Shown here: positions 12,001-25,495 of the stretch, piece by piece | Layout of the letters: every line of letters starts with the position of its first letter | How positions within the stretch are numbered: the stretch's first letter is position 1 | Assembly: GCA_043228905.1 (NCBI GenBank) | Contig: JBHGNT010000020.1 | Location: 7,688,001-7,752,000 of the forward strand | Direction: 5' to 3' | DNA from: Azolla caroliniana | Taxonomy: Eukaryota; Plantae; Polypodiophyta | DNA: 64,000 nt | Position numbers and translations under genes: made by a program | Notes under the pieces: model-generated | The model's database searches: none | What the model saw: the letters and a program-made list of their open reading frames with translations, nothing else | What the model was told of the DNA's origin: nothing

Positions 12001-15000
12001 GAGATGTCAGATTTGGGGCATTTGCATCATTATTTGGGCATTCAATATATGCAAGTTGATGGTGGAATAGCTTTGTGTCAATCGAAATACATTGACACAT
12101 TATTGCAACGTTTTGGCCTTGAAGACTGTAAACCTATTGCCACTCCCATGGAGACAGGTTTATGTTTGAACCTTCATGATGCTGGAGATGCATTTGATGC
12201 TGTTCTCTATCAGCAGGCAGTTGGATGCTTGATTTACTTATGCATAACCCGACCTGATATTCAGTTTGCTGTCTCGCAGATGAGCAGGTTTATGCATTGC
12301 CCAGGCGTTAAGCATTGGCAGGCAGTTAAGCGCATCTTTCGCTACTTGAGTGGCACCCAGTCACTCCTTGTTCACCACATCACTCCCATGGGGGATTTGT
12401 TGACATATTTCGGTAGTGATGTGTGTGAACACACTTGGGACAGTGCTGTGTGAACACACTTAGGATAGTGATGTGTGTGACCACACTTAGGACAGTGATG
12501 TGTGAAAACACTTAGGACAATGATGTGTGTGAACACATTTAGGACAACAGGGGCATTTTTTCCCTCTTTAGGAGGTTTTTTCCCCCTATCTATAAATACT
12601 CTCATAACCCTAAAGTGGGAAAGTTTTTTTTTGTGATTCAAACCAAGAACCCAACATTCAAGGCCATTATAACTGTCTTGCTTCAGAGATCTTTCCATCT
12701 TGGACAGATTCATGTGAGAGATCTTTCTAAGGAAACAGTTTTAGCTCAGCTAAGCTCATGATGTTTCATAAGTAGTTAAGGGGAATATCTACATTTTACA
12801 AGAGTTAAAATTCCTGTGTATGTCTTGGGCAAATTCTTGAGAGATAACCAGGATATAGTTTATTAACATTGGTTCTGGTTTGCTGTTGTCCAAGATATGA
12901 TATTATTTTGGAACAAAGTGAAAATTGGAAACTCAACTTGGAAACCATGAAATATTTCTTGTGACACGATTTTCCATTTGTATTTTCGTTTTTTTATTCT
13001 CATTTAACTTTATGTATGTTTTATTTCTGCTTCTGAGTTAGGAGTAGTTTACTACTTTGTAGCACTCTTTGTTCATGAGATTGCCATGATAGAGCATGCA
13101 AATTACTATCTGAAAATTTACCTTCTCTTATATCCAAAGAGGTGGAGTTGAGAAAATCTGTTTGCAGATTGCAAGGAGGATGAAATCATGCATGGCTGTT
13201 ACCTTGTCCAACTTTTTAAGGTATTCTCGCTAACCCTTGTAGTTATGATAACCTCTTCAGTGTGCTAATAACGCTGATGTTCATTACAGTTTTGATTTAT
13301 TGTTTAGTAAACTATTGTGAAATTGAAGTTCATCCTGAATATTTATTTTCCTACATTAATTATTATGTACTTCTTGTTGCATATATTTCTCATTGATGAG
13401 CTGCCTGTAATTTGTATCATACCTGGCATTAAACCAGTATTCAAACTCCTTGACAAATGTACACAATATGTGAGGATTGTATTTCCTTTTTACTCTATGA
13501 AAAGATCAAATAAAACACATCACATGTTTAATATTGCACTTGGTACTCTGCATTGATTTTTGGCACATTCTGTGAATTATATGCTATTAAGATCAGTCAG
13601 TCCATGTTTTTCTTGTGAAGAGAATGTTTTTATGTGTTTCACTCGTTTTTACTGTAGGAAGAGAGAAGAAAGAACCTGATCGTACTTATCTTGGATTTGA
13701 TAGCATTGATTGGTGACCATGTAAATTGTGCAAGAGATGTTCATGATTTGGAACAACTTTCATTGTGTATTCAAGACCTAATGGAAATGGTTAACCTGAT
13801 CTTCTATTCGGCTACTGTCAGTTATTTGCTAGTTTAAATAGCTAGAGTTATATCATCTTATATCTTAGGCTTGCATGATTTTTTGACAGAGATTATCTTT
13901 AGAGCTCAAGCGTACAAGTATAGAAAATGCAACTCGTAAAAGAGGAAGGCTAGGTATTCCACGGTAATTAGGGTTTGTTTTTTCATTATTATATACCTTT
14001 TATAAATGAAGATGTTTGCTTCTTATAACAATAAGTTAAAATTTTAATGTTGACCACAATTAATTAGCATGGAGTTGATGTGCAGTGAGTGGCATGATGC
14101 CTTTCTATAACATTAAGAAGATGCCTTTCTATAACATTAAAAAGTGATCTAATTGATTTTAGTATTGATCCTTGTGCATGTCCATGTGACTGAAAGGCAA
14201 CCAATATTCGATCTGATCAAGGAGAATGTGTGCATCTATGGCAAACTTAATACTTTGCTGCAGGTAACGTTTCTTATCATGTTAAACAATGATTATTGAT
14301 TGGGCTTTTCTGCTCTATATTAATTTAAGGAGATGTACAAGGCAATGAAGCATTCTGACCTCAAGTTAAGGATCATCTTTCATGTGTTCATCAGCTCTAT
14401 TCCAAAGGTACATCATTACCCTTATGAATATGTTGAATTATGTGTTGATTTTATTCAATGTTTGTTTATTCCAGTAATGTAGGTGTATTGTTTATGTGGT
14501 CCTTCCATACAGTTTAGATACTATCACATATCTAATCAGACTCTTTCACGTGAATCATGATCAACTGACTTGCCATTTGTGTGATTTCCAAAAAAGGTTG
14601 AAATTCTAAAAGTCTGTTTGTAGCCATTTAGAATAGAAAAAATAATCAGTTTTAATCCCTTCTAGGATTTGTGACAAAAGAAAATATAATGCAGCATATA
14701 TAGCATTTTGTAATACTATATACTCCAGTTGGAGATTTCTGGTATGGAAGAAAACTCCAATATGTCTGGATTTTGTGATTATAAGAATGAGATGCATGCT
14801 AGTAATTCTAGAGAACAACATTTAATCAATAGACTTTCGTGATATAATAGTACTAAGAAGAAAATAACACGTTGAATAAGTTGAATGAAAAACACTCATT
14901 CACATATGGGCAGAACTTTTAGTAAATTCAATCTGATTAAAACACGTGGTAACCGTGGTTATGGATGTCTGTTGATATAGCCTCTGTTGAAAGACAAGAT

Positions 15001-15728
15001 CAAGGATCCAGCAAATATGACGGTGCATGACATGCTCAATTGTCTTAAGGACATTTCTTCAGCAAGGATGGTTTCTAATGTCTTCAGTAGTGAGAGACTT
15101 AAGGCGCTGATCACAAATGCTTTCAAGGTAAAATTTCATCTTCGTATGGTTCTTGTTTTTAAACATTATCAAATTGCCCCAAACTTTTAATACATTTAAC
15201 AGAATACCCATAAGTTTCAAAAATGTTCAGAACATCCCTTTGTATTTCTGATTATTTTTAGCAGCGTTGAAGGGGCCCAAAGTTGGGTATTTTGTTGTAG
15301 GACTGGGTTCATGCGTCAGTGGAAATTGTAATTGTTTCCTGACATATGTCTAAAACAGGTTAGTTTTGAACACAACTGCACGAATGAGGTAAGCAAAGAT
15401 ACAGTGGAGCTGTGTCAACTGTTAAAAATTGCCATTGCCAACCTTCAAAGCATCAGAAAGTGAGTCTATAAATTGCAGTATACTAGTGTTGTTCATTCTA
15501 ATGCATATAAACATATTTCTGTGTGTGTATTGCCAAAGACTCTGTAAATATTTGGATACATTATATTTGCACACGCATTTAATGTATATTCTATAGTGGA
15601 GTGTTAATGTTCATTCAAATGGATATTACTTATAATTAATTTCTTTCAGAAATGATTTTCATGAAGTCGACTTGGCTGTAAAGCAAGCCCTTATAACTGC
15701 AGAGGCAATGGTTCATTTTGCTAAGTGA
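6090..15728 (+). CDS. SNI1: SNI1-like protein (negative regulator of SAR; NSE6-type subunit of the SMC5/6 complex), 15 coding exons, 440 aa
   Basis: Exons 6090-6198, 6304-6370, 6540-6633, 7049-7120, 7205-7291, 7513-7605 (GC donor), 7710-7791, 13168-13220, 13658-13789, 13890-13963, 14197-14263, 14342(or 14330)-14407, 14981-15127, 15359-15459, 15650-15728 splice in phase to 1323 nt with no internal stop. Colinear similarity to Arabidopsis SNI1 as recalled: IEDNVLALLDSNGVKNSDD~LEANTLAMIDSTGAKDSRD; HEAVFKIL..METMELTMASYALL-type block~YQAIFRIL...TLELITASFQLL; WTPF~WSPF; FKYLCHVLDHDF..RFQVY~FKYLAHVLKLDF..RNQVY; KQALITAEAM~KEVLFTAGMV. Confidence 0.85.
7977..9105 (-). mobile_element. Ty1/copia relic A (RT end, deleted RNase H, PPT, 3' LTR) in SNI1 intron 7
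   Basis: LTR 7977-8298 (TG...CA) with a G-rich PPT just inside (~8301-8310). Peptides HWQAVKRVFRYLRGT, SDWAGC and NPVFHVRTKHIEVHYHYVRE. The 5' part is absent. Confidence 0.9.
9105..12656 (+). mobile_element. Ty1/copia relic B (gag-PR-INT-partial RT, 3' LTR), rearranged, in SNI1 intron 7
   Basis: Gag (KTAKDAWDTL..), protease WYFNSGA, GAG-pre-integrase WHACFGH, integrase SDVCGPM/FIDDFSR, RT LYGLKQAP/YVDD. PPT GGGGGA then LTR 12398-12656 with ~31-bp tandem repeats and TATAAATA at 12591. No 5' LTR or RNase H; internal inversion ~11466-11718. Confidence 0.92.
11174..11408 (+). repeat. Tandem duplication (124-bp unit; second copy has a 13-bp deletion) inside copia B
   Basis: TGTTGGCCCACTTTAGAAG...GCCTAAACGGC starts at 11174 and at 11298, with TGTTG microhomology at the junctions. 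Confidence 0.9.
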
Positions 15729-18704
15729 AAGATTTCCTGATATTTCCTGATTTCTTAGGAGGTATTTGTTTGGAATCCAAAGCTCTATGGTTTGAATTGA
15801 GGTAATGGGGCAAGTAATTTTCCTTTATTGCTCAAAGATATATATTTCATTGGATATATTTGGTGTATTTAATTTACAATTCATTCGAGCATTGGATGAG
15901 AGGCTAACCTAGTGTTCTTTAGGTAACTTCCCATACGAACCTTCTGCCGACTGTAAACTATTTCAAGTGTATTGGACTGGAGCTTTTGGATGAGGTCATG
16001 TTGGACGCTTAAAAGTCTTCGTACTCATAGGAGGGTTCCCTTTGTGTTCTGCAAAATCAGCAGCACTTACATAATGTGAGACAGACAACTTTCTTTGATG
16101 ACCAAGGAATCAACTTCCTTCAAATGAACTTAACTAAGAAAATTAGTCTCTATTTGTAGAAGAATAGTGTCATCCAAACTTCTTCTCTAGTTTATGTAAT
16201 TGAACTATTTTTATCCCTCCTGATTGGAGAAGCATTCAGGATTGTGGAACTGTGGCTGGGATGCTCTCTCATGAACACTATTATGAGCAGCCAATATAAA
16301 TTTGTTGGCACATTGTTGTTTTTCTTGAGTAGAGCGGTTTGAATCATGAATTAATTGATCACATTTTGTCTCTTGGTTACTTGGTATCAGTATGCATGGT
16401 ACCATTGTTAGAGAAGCAAGAACTCTTTTTGAGCAATTGATTTACTAATGCTAACTCTTTTCGACCTTTTAAGAGACTTTTGATACAATTGTAATGTCTT
16501 ATATCAACCTTAGTGATGGCAGTTGCTAAGTGACTATTTCTTTTAGAAACCATCTCATCGAATCTCTAACTTAGTGGTTATCATATCTATCATAAATTAA
16601 TTGTATTCATGGTGCTCATGCCTACATTGAAAAGCCATCAGAATAAATCAACCAAAATGAAATCTTAGTATATTTTTTTGTCATGTTCCTCCAGTTTTAT
16701 TAGTCACTCGTACGTGCATGATATGAATTTGGCTTTCCTGTGAACAGCTATCATTTATGTGCCATAGGATCTTTATGTACTCTACCTTCGTCATCATCCT
16801 TTTGCATCATTTATGTGCCATAAGATCTTGTCTTGAGTAGCAAGCATCAAGAACTTTATGTAATAATGCCCTATTTTCAACTAGAAAATAAAAGAGTTTT
16901 GACCTTCTGGATTTGATACAATCTTGGTTTTTCTATGCTTATCAAATGATCATTGGGATGTGATTGACATTCACTTTGTATGGCTGAAATAGTTGCTTAG
17001 AATCTTCTCATTTATTCAATGATGTGGTCATGAGAGTAATGACTATAACAAGAAATTGAGTTGATTGACGTTCCAAATATATTCTTATACCTATTGTTTT
17101 TGGCCTATGCTTGGGTTGATCATAAGGGCTGTCATTTGCATCATCAACAATTTATGGAAATTTGCATAGCTAAACCTTTTCATTCACAGGGTGTGTGACA
17201 TATTATGAGATAGTGAGGAGCCAGGACATTATTTTGAAAGAGGGTCGAGTTGTATGAGTCCTCTTGAAAAAGTAATGTCTAGAAATTAAATAAAGCAAAA
17301 TGCATGCAATATAATGATTTCGTGAAGTCATCATCATAAATTATAGATATGTTTTTTGTGAGCAATTTGATGGCTTATAAATTCAAGACACGGGAGCTTC
17401 AACGTGTTTACAACTTGTACTAAGTAAACATGGTTTCTACTAGTGACATGAAGTTATTATACCTTATTTTGATGGCGTGAGAATTTCAACTTTTGTTGCA
17501 TAAACATTGTTTCTCTTCAATCAAAAGTTATGACCATTATTTCTATTGACACGTAATATGAGCTTCATTTTCTATGTCATAATTGCTAATAAGAGAATGA
17601 GCTTCATTTTTTTGCCTACAAACCTTCTACCAAAACATCTATAAAAACATTTTCTTAAGAGATGTGAACCTTCATAGAACACTATAAACATATTTTAGAA
17701 TAAAGCAAACCCCACAATCTTGAGAAAGATGGAAAACAATATTCCAAACTTAGATCTTCAATAAAGCAAACATCAATTTTCCAAAATTAGAGTAATGGAT
17801 ATGGTTGCAAGAAGTGGGCTCTTCAAATGATCAATAATCCAAATTTAGGGTAATGAATATGATTGCAATAATTGGATGCCATGATTTTCGATTGAACCGA
17901 TGATACGTTGTCTCGATACAAAACATCCTTATTAAATTCATGATGCCAAAGAGGGCGAACGCTTTTCATTGTGAAAAGACAAGTTCTAAAATATACTAAT
18001 AAATGCGCTTTCATCTAGCCCACGAGAGAATATTCTTGAGAGATTTTACCATTTCCAAGGCCAAATGAATTGCAAAGTGCCTCTTTTTTATGTCAACCAT
18101 ATTTTGTAGCAAAACCTCCATTATTCATGAGATTTTTATTTCCAAAGATACAACCATATTTTTCATTGGCCCATGGACATAATATGCTAAAGAATGAATC
18201 ATAACATAATTCTTGTTATACTCCATAAGCATAAATACATAAAAATGGACGGCAAACGAATTGTTAACACCTATCAATGACTACTCTCAATAATTTGTTT
18301 CATGCAGAAGCCTAAAAGAAGCTATTTACTACCCTTTTACTAAGTCTCTTTTGTTGTGTTGATTCATTGAACTCTTCATAAAACTTTGATAGGTGTTTCT
18401 AAACACAGTTAATGTAGATTACATTCCTTTTATTTGTTCACATCAGCAACCTAATCTTCTTTCAGGAGATAAAATCAAGAAGGAAAAAGAGAAAGATCAT
18501 ACACCTTGAATTGTTGAAAATTATTTAGTGATTACTTCTGTTATTTTTATTATCGTTGTTATTTTTGTTAGAATTTCACAACTACAGCTGAAATCTTTTA
18601 AATATTCAAAAATGTCCATGCTTTTGTTGTAAATGACTGAGTTGAGATTGATTCACACTGAGGGATTTGTGTGATGATGCGCTCATTAAACAGTTGAAGG
18701 AGAC

Positions 18705-21700
18705 TCACACAGCGGGGCTTAGCTCCAACTCAATGTCTTCGAGGGATCGTCCCTTTGTTTCGACCACATTTTGTGAAATGTATAGAGCAGCAATCAGACA
18801 AACTGCAGCAAATCCTTGGTACACTCTACTTACACCAAACTTGGTCACCGCACTCAAAAAATATAGACCGATTATGAAATTTGTTACCTGACAAAACAAA
18901 TTTTAGAACAATTAATCATGAGTAATTTCTTTGCTTAAAAGAAAATGATACCAAGTGTCTCTTTACATCCCCAAATGACCCTAGTCAACAAATGAAAAAA
19001 AGAAAAAGGGGATGAAATTGGCATATATTTGCTTGATTAGCACATATCTTTTTTTGAGATTGGCTGACCATGGGCATTTGGGGAAATAAAAACAAAAGTC
19101 AGGTTTTTTTTCCAATTAAAAAAGCTCACATCTCCATTTAAAGAAGTCTTTTACCAAGTAGAATCCAGAATAAGCTAATAAAAGAGGTGCCTCTACTATC
19201 ATCTATGCTACCTAGTAACAAACTTACACACCAAACCTCATTTCTATGTGCATAATGTAAAAAATGAACTTAGTAGATATTCCCTAGGGGAAGTGAAAAG
19301 AGTTTCTGTAAAATTGCTCAATATGATAGAGATTACATTTGAAAGAGAAATGATCTAAAAGTATTGATTTGTATCGTGCAATATTCCACACTTCAAAATA
19401 TAAATATTTTAGAATAATGAACTGTCTTTGAAAATACAAAAACCTTTGGTAAGTTCTAGATCTCTGAGCACAAATTTTGATCTAAGAAAGATTGACAAAA
19501 TGTAAGCTAATGAAAACACATTTCTTACTACTTCAAATGATCTAAAATTAACTTATACATTTGTATCATCATTATTACACTTACAGATGTGATCTTCCAC
19601 TGAACCTCTTATGATGAAAAACAGAAAGCTGTATATAATTCCCTTAGGATGAGATTAGTGAAACACAAAATGACTTACCCAATGCATTCCCATTGAGAGT
19701 GAAACAGCCTTGGCACGTATTCTTGAGGCAAATATCTCAGGCAGAAGAAGGGCTGGCACAGGACCAGCACCTAGAGAGAAGGCAAGTATATAGCTGCCCA
19801 TATGCACATATGGCTTGATTTCAGTTTCAAAATAATGCATTTTAACTACAGCAAAACAAGAAAAAACAAAGGGAAAAACACCGAAATACTTGTAACTTTT
19901 GGTCATTTGCAAGAAAACCACTAATTTCTTCAAAGCTTATGAAAATACCCCTATATAGATGTAAATTTTGTAAAACGGGGTATTAAGGTAAATATCCAAA
20001 AAAGTACAGGGAATTTGATTTCTCCCACGCCCCCACCCCATAAAAAAATCGAGGTTGTTGAACTTACGAAACAGTCCCCACAACGGCAAGAGTGCCAGCA
20101 TAAGGAGCCAAGGAAGGCCATGAAAGACCTGCAGAAAGAAGCAACATAGACAATGCCTGCATTGAAAAATGAAAAAAGAAGAGATTTAGATCAATAAATA
20201 ACGAGTGATATACATTAACAGTGACAAAAGAGATATAGATCAACAAATATGGGAAAAGCGATATAGATCAAGAGGTATGAGAAAAGTAATGTCACTAAAC
20301 CCTTTTTACGGGGTGGGGCATGGGAGAAAACAAATGATGGATGGCTCACCATCCCTAAGAAGCTTGTGATTAGCAGCTTCTTGCGTCCTTGTTTGTCCAT
20401 TAGAGACGAGGCCACAATGGTACCTATAAACTCACAAAACAAAATTGATCAGAAAATGCGTTTCATGATATATACATCTCCTTTTCTAGTAAAATTCTCT
20501 CTATTAATTGTCACATTCTATAGATATTTGTCATAAAATGATTTCAACAAACTAAACATAAATCGTTATTAACTTTGGTAAAAAAAATAAATCTGAAAGC
20601 TAATTCTTTTCATTTCTAAGATTTTTTCTATTTTTGGCAGTTTTTTTCCCACTTCAAAACTTGTCATCTACTTGACAAATTAAAAAGTATGTATTTGTTA
20701 CCGAGAACATTTGCAGTTCCAACAAGAGCACTTGCAGCCACATCAGATGTAATGCCAGCACTGCGGAAAACAGCTGTTGAGTAGTACACCACTGCGTTTA
20801 TTCCAGCAAACTGCTGGAATAAGAAAAGAGCAGCACCAATAGTGACCACTGTCCACAACATAACACAAAATAAAATTACAAATTTCTTAAGTGTGAATTT
20901 CAACATCAGTAGCATCAATTCAGAACATAAACGAAGTCACTGTCCACAAACACAAGAGAAATCATACTACAACCTCTCAATGAAGTAAAAATGTGAAGTC
21001 GGACACAAGGAGCATTAACTTAGAACAAAAAAAACACCACTCAAGCATATTACAAGTTCAAGAGAGAAGTAAAATTTTAAGCATGAATTTAGGCAGGCCT
21101 TGAATAAATTCATTCAATTCAAAATAAAAAATACTACTCTTCACAAAGATACCACAATAATAGCAGCCTTTTATTGACATGCAGATATGAACACAGGTAG
21201 CATCAATTGAGAACAAAAACAATACTAATGCCCACAAAAACATCACAAAGCATATTAAATTTTTTTGAGAAGTATATTACAACTTAGATACAAAAAAAAT
21301 TAAAAATTGAACCTCAACACAACTAGAATCAATTCAGAACAAAAAGAAAAAGCATATTCCATATGTGATTTTACGGAGTGAATACCTTTGAGATAACGTC
21401 GACTAAAAAGGTCTCCCCAACTGGCATCTTCGCCTCCAGACTCAGAACTCCCTGCTCTCAGACTTGCCATAGTACTCTCCACTTTACCTTTTCCCCAGAG
21501 GGTTTTTATTGCATTTTCAGTCTCAGCAATTTTCCCTTGCTACATATGCACCCAAAAAAAATATAATCAGTCTGATTGTTCACTCAATACATAATATATT
21601 ATACAGGGAAAACCAACAAAATACCACTTAAACATTTGGTTTATTTAAATAATACGCTCCAGTTTCCACATTACTCATCTTTAGTACAAAATTAACTCAT

Positions 21701-24166
21701 ACAGAAGGGTATTCTGGTAATTTTTCAAAACTCAGGGATATTCAGGTAAATACCAAAAAGTTAGCAGTATTTTGGTATTTATCCCTCACATATATCATAT
21801 ATCATGAAGTATTCCTCACATCCACCAACCTTGAATAGCCATCTTGGGCTTTCCGGAGCAAAAAACATACCAAACCCTAGTAAAGCAGCAGGAACAACTG
21901 CTGCCCAAAACATGGTACGCCACCTAGAAGTCATGTTTTAAAGTAATCAATGTTCTCTAGTAGGAGAAACCTAAAGAAAGCATTGGGGAGACAACACTAA
22001 TTTTGAATTCACATACCAGATAGGGTTGCCTGCCAACGGTAGGCCAGCTACCAATGCAACCAAGATACCAATACATATGGAAAGTTGATTGACAGAGCCC
22101 AATGCACCGCGGATTTCGGTAGGTGAAATCTACACAAGGGAAACAATAGAAAAAGCATACGGTACATTAAGAGATCACACAAGAAGAAACTTCACAGTAG
22201 GAACAAAACACACTGAAAAATACTTATTCAGATGAGCAGTGTTTATAAACCTCGGAGATGTACAGTGGCACAAGAGCTGATGAGATCCCTATGCCTAGTC
22301 CAACAAGAAATCTCCCAATGATCATGGCTTGTATACCCTGTGAGGTGGCACTGTTCAGGAAAGAAACGACATACAAAAATGAGTTAGGAAATCCTGATAT
22401 ATTCCCAGGGAGAGCTCCAGAATACCTCTAATTTTTTGAATGTTTACCAGAATACCCCCACCTGTAGCAGTAAGTTTCATACTACAGAGGATTTTGGTTC
22501 TTTTGAATGCATTCTGTTTTTTAAATATCCAAGAAGTGAAGGGTATTTTCGTGGTTTCTCCCCTATGTTCATGTCATTTTGAATTCATCCCTCCTTCCTT
22601 TTAAAGCACAATTTTAAGAAAGACTACCCTAAGTCCAATCATCAACTAATAGAAAGAAAACCAAGGTAGCAAGGATAATGCAACTATATGAGACTTCCAG
22701 GAAAAGTACTAAAATAAAGTTATCATGCAGTAACAGATAAAGCATGCAAACACTTTGAAACCCCTAAGCGCCAGGTTTTATTCATCTAGTTCATTATGTA
22801 AATGAGTAGGTATTTCACCTTAAAATAGCACCGATAATCAATGGAATGGCATCCAGTTGGAAAGTACGAGTACAACCAAACTTATCAGCTAGAACCCCAC
22901 CAGTAAAAGAACCTATTGTTGCTCCGGCTAGTGTTGAGCTGACAACCCAACCTATATAGGAAAACAACGAAAAGAGAAAATAGCAAGCAGCATATGAGCA
23001 ATTTAAACCATCATGATTGAAACGATACATCTCGCAGCATAAAATATAATATACCCTTGAGAACTGCATTTGTAGCAATGCCAAGATCACTAGCAAGGTA
23101 CTCCAAAGCTCCATTGACAACTCTGGAATTCAGACCAAATAAACTTGTCAGGTGTATACAAACTTGGCTCTGGTTTCGAAAATTACAATATTCAGCTTAA
23201 TTTGAGATGTGAATATTACTTATAATTCCTTATTTGAGGATTAAAAACAAAAACCCTTGTGGAATAATCATTTTGCAATAAATTCCCCTATGTGTATCCA
23301 TCCAATTATGCACTGCCTTTTTTTCAACATGGAAACAATACCCCTCTTCTTTTTTAAAAGAATACATACCCGAGGTGATAACCGAATAGGATTGCACCCA
23401 AGCAAGAAATAGCAACATATGGAAGGACAGTGCCTTGAGAACCAGGTGCAGACTTGGACGCTGCAATATCATCCTCTGTAACAAAAAATTGGCCATCTAT
23501 AACTACCATACACATAAAACACACCCCCATTCATTGAAAGTACATACACAAAAATTCACAGCCCATTCATTCAAAGTATGTACATACACAAAAATTCACC
23601 CCCATGCATACAACGCATATACACACAAACACACTCCCATGCATACGAAGCATATACAAAAAGACACATCCCCATGCATGAGCCATAAATATACCTAATA
23701 CACCTCCATACATTTGTTAATATGTGCACATAAACCCACCTAATTACATGCACAGTATAGACACATACGTATTACTCCATAATTCCACTGAGGCCATAAC
23801 ATCATAAAAGCCTAAAAATCCCAAAAAGAGCTATGAATTGAAAGGAAACAAACCGGCTGCATTAGCTCGGATGTACAAATGCCTGGATCTCCGAACAAAC
23901 CCTTCTGACATTCTGGTGAGGTCCATCCCAAGGCTTTGTCCCATGTAAGAAGAAGAAGAAAAACAGGAGGAGGAGGAGGAGGAGGCGGCGGAGGCGGAAG
24001 AAGAAGAAGAAGAAGACGAGGAGGATGAAGTTAATATGGAAGCTTTGCAGGGGATAGATCGTCGAGTAAGGCGTCTAGCATCAGCACCCAGATAGGATCC
24101 TGGAGTAAAACAGACCTTGCTTGAAGAGAGACAGACACCTCCTCCTCCTCCTCCGCCTAGCTGCAT
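18705..24166 (-). CDS. pGlcT: Plastidic glucose transporter (MFS sugar porter, pGlcT / plastidic glucose transporter 4-like), 13 coding exons
   Basis: Exons 24166-23854, 23475-23370, 23122-23055, 22951-22819, 22350-22251, 22129-22017, 21923-21830, 21539-21386, 20848-20702, 20423-20350, 20156-20068, 19793-19679, 18887-18705, all GT-AG. Ser/Gly-rich transit peptide; LGAILFGYHLGVVNGALEYL, PLYISEISPTEIRGALGS, PESPRWL, QQFAGINAVVYYS, GAGPVPALLLPEIFASRIRAKA, VETKGRSLE. Confidence 0.95.
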
Positions 24167-24311
24167 AGCTGCTCACACAACCACCTAAACAGAAACATAG
24201 ACAGAACAGAATGCTCTCTCTCTCTCACACACTCACTCACTCTCTCTTTCTCTCTCTCACAGAGTCTCTGAGCTGTTGTCTAAGTGGTTAAAATGTAGAT
24301 TCAAGAGTCAT

Positions 24312-24339
24312 AAACCCTAAACCCTAAACCCTAAACCCT
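24312..24339. repeat. (AAACCCT)4 telo-box / short interstitial telomeric repeat, probably in the pGlcT 5'UTR intron
   Basis: Four perfect heptamers ~150 bp upstream of the ATG. The minus-strand acceptor TTTAG ends at 24185. Confidence 0.8.
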
Positions 24340-25340
24340 TGGCTCTCTCCCTTACACTTGTCTCGCAGAGATCGTATCCCATTGATTGATTGTATTCTCG
24401 ATCTCCCACCTCCTCAGACACATACATACATACATTACTAATCTATCTATCTCTATCCCCCCCCCCCCTTCTCTGTCTTTATCTCTACCTCTCTCTCTCT
24501 ACGTCTCTTTATTCTCTCTCTCTCTCTCTCTCTAAGTTTCTCTTTATGTCTCACTCTTAATGTCTCTTGAGTCTCTCCGTAGACTGTAGAATACTCTTAA
24601 CAGTCAGATCAGGTTTCCATTGATTCCCCCTCTCTATAACTCGTACTTTTTCCTGTATGTCTCGCTCTGAATCTCCCTGTAGACCGTCACGCTTCCACAA
24701 TCTGGTCAAATTTTCATCAATTCTCTCTCTCTCGCTCGCTCGCTCAATAACGATCAGACTGATGCATAATCTCAAGAATGAAACACAGTAAAGCCAACCA
24801 AGATGGGGGGAATACACATACAGACACGAAGAAAGGAGAGAAAGAGAAAGAGAGAGAGATCAAGATCTGACTGATCTTCATGACTGATCAGCGTCTAACA
24901 CACTAAAGTCTTTTCAAGGTTCTAAATTTACAGAGCATGCAGGCCAAACCCCCCGAGAAACAAGAATCACTAAACTGATCCAACCAAAAATGCAGAATTT
25001 GGGGACGAATTTCCTCCCAATTTTCTTTCGTGAGCTTGTGTCTGAGATTTCTCTTCCATGAGATCTGCATCCGAGATATTCCTACAGTGAATTTCACAAA
25101 GGCCATGGAGTAGTGTGTGCATGCAGAGGAAGGGGAGGAGAAGGGGGAGGGGGGGGGGACTTAAATTACATGCAGAGGAAGACCAAGATGGAGATGGAGA
25201 TGGATATGGAGGGGCAATTTTTATAAACGCAAGAAAGAAAACTGAAGAATTAGAGAGAGGTTAGAAAAGCAGGAGGCAAGGAACCATGAAAGATTCATGG
25301 TTTTGGATCAGTTGATGAGATACATACCCCAGACGATGAT

Positions 25341-25433
25341 GATCAGATCAGATTCAGATCAGATCAGATCAGATTATGAGCAGAATCCAGAGCAGATGAG
25401 GAAGAATTGGTGAGACAGACAGACAGACACAGA

Positions 25434-25495
<62 letters not shown>

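Noticed and set aside
8840-12360. Inverted RT homology between copia A and B as a hairpin/siRNA source
   Set aside because: Identity is only roughly two-thirds by eye with third-position saturation, so a stable duplex is unlikely.
12687-12760. Candidate SNI1 exon (..LSKETVLAQL) right after the copia LTR
   Set aside because: It has a stop in the required phase and no GT donor; 13168-13220 fits phase and length instead.
19793-20069. Ser (TC|C) in place of the usual Leu in GTVLY of pGlcT as an RNA-editing site
   Set aside because: This is a nuclear spliced gene, and C-to-U editing would give Phe; an ordinary substitution is simpler.
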